Source: Vicugna vicugna (Eukaryota). From it: a DNA stretch of 64,000 nucleotides. Made by a program: the position numbers and the translations under genes. Location of the stretch: positions 598,608 to 662,607 of the forward strand of contig MU057584.1 in assembly GCA_013265495.1 (NCBI GenBank). The letters are read 5' to 3'. This document shows positions 63,311-64,000 of this stretch, piece after piece (within the stretch, counting starts at the first letter, position 1; the number at the start of each line of letters is the position of its first letter). The notes below the pieces were generated by a model. The model ran no database searches and was not told where the DNA came from. It saw only the letters and a list, made by a program, of their open reading frames with translations.

Positions 63311-63796
63311 TGTTGACTGAAATAAAATGCACAACCTAAAAATTGAGATTCATGTTTTATTTGGTGGCTTTCTGAGGACTCGAACCCAGGAGGCAGCCTC
63401 TCAGATTGCTCTGTTCATAGAGGCAAGGAGGGAGCCAGGATATGTAAAAGTTTTGCCACAAAGACCAGGTAGTCAGAACATCGGAAGATTACTGTTAATT
63501 AAAGAAAATCAGATATATCAAGGAATTTAGCGCTTTTCTATGTATGGGAAGGTGCAAAGATCTGGGTTCATTGAAATAATTTTCTTGATATGCACCTAGC
63601 TGTCTAGGGCCAATTCTTCCACATCCTGAGTTCCCTTAGGGGACATGGTTGGGGGTGGCTGCAGAGGCTGGGCTGCCTGCTTGTCTGCATCCTGAGTTCC
63701 CTCTGCTCACCGTTGGGGGTGGCGGTAGTGGCTGATGACTTGATGGCCACAGCAGCCTTTGTTTACTGATAAGGCTGGCACTGTTTTTCACTCACA
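63311..63796. mobile_element. Solo LTR (ERV-like) inserted in an old L1 fragment
   Basis: TG...CA termini and a near-TSD (tcgg / tcag). The flanks rejoin as L1-like ttgccaatctgagaggtgaaaaatggtactc...gtagttttaaat. Family not determined. Confidence 0.65.
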
Positions 63797-63819
63797 TCAG
63801 GGTAGTTTTAAATGGCAGG

Positions 63820-64000
63820 AAATAAAATTAAAACCACAGTGAGACAGCATTTTACACCTGTCAGATTGGCAACATTTAAAAAGTCTAACAATACCGATTG
63901 TTGGTGTGGAGGTGAAACCAGGGAACTTTTACACCCTGTGGGTGAGAATGTACATTGACATAATTTCCTGGAAGACAGTTCAGCAATGCCTGGGGCAGCT
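63820..64000 (+). mobile_element. L1 fragment (ORF2 C-terminal region, degraded)
   Basis: aaaattaaaaccacagtgagacagcattttacacctgtcagattggcaacatttaaaaagtctaacaatacc. Confidence 0.7.

Overview
Mammalian genomic DNA, not prokaryotic. It is most likely a camelid, judging from two tRNA-derived SINEs resembling the camelid Vic-1 family. The gene order PPP1R37(+) / NKPD1(-) / TRAPPC6A(-) / BLOC1S3(+) matches the human 19q13.32 cluster. Bases 1-29674 are repeat-rich intron of PPP1R37, whose first coding exon lies outside the window. Eleven PPP1R37 coding exons, the four-exon NKPD1 CDS (822 aa), the six-exon TRAPPC6A CDS (159 aa) and the single-exon BLOC1S3 CDS (202 aa) were reconstructed by hand, with GT-AG junctions and consistent phases. 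Most unusual observations: (1) a diverged, inverted, frameshifted copy of NKPD1's first coding exon, including ATG and splice donor, nested antisense in an NKPD1 intron, with a phase-compatible acceptor and 101-codon open frame downstream, a candidate hidden or dead antisense paralog; (2) a 256-bp, ~98% identical inverted duplication in TRAPPC6A intron 1 that would form a long dsRNA stem next to the exon 2 acceptor; (3) degenerate Walker motifs in NKPD1 and a vestigial read-through tail after its stop codon. Most ORFs in the six-frame track are chance ORFs in GC-rich DNA. Comparisons with human sequences are from memory, not from database searches.
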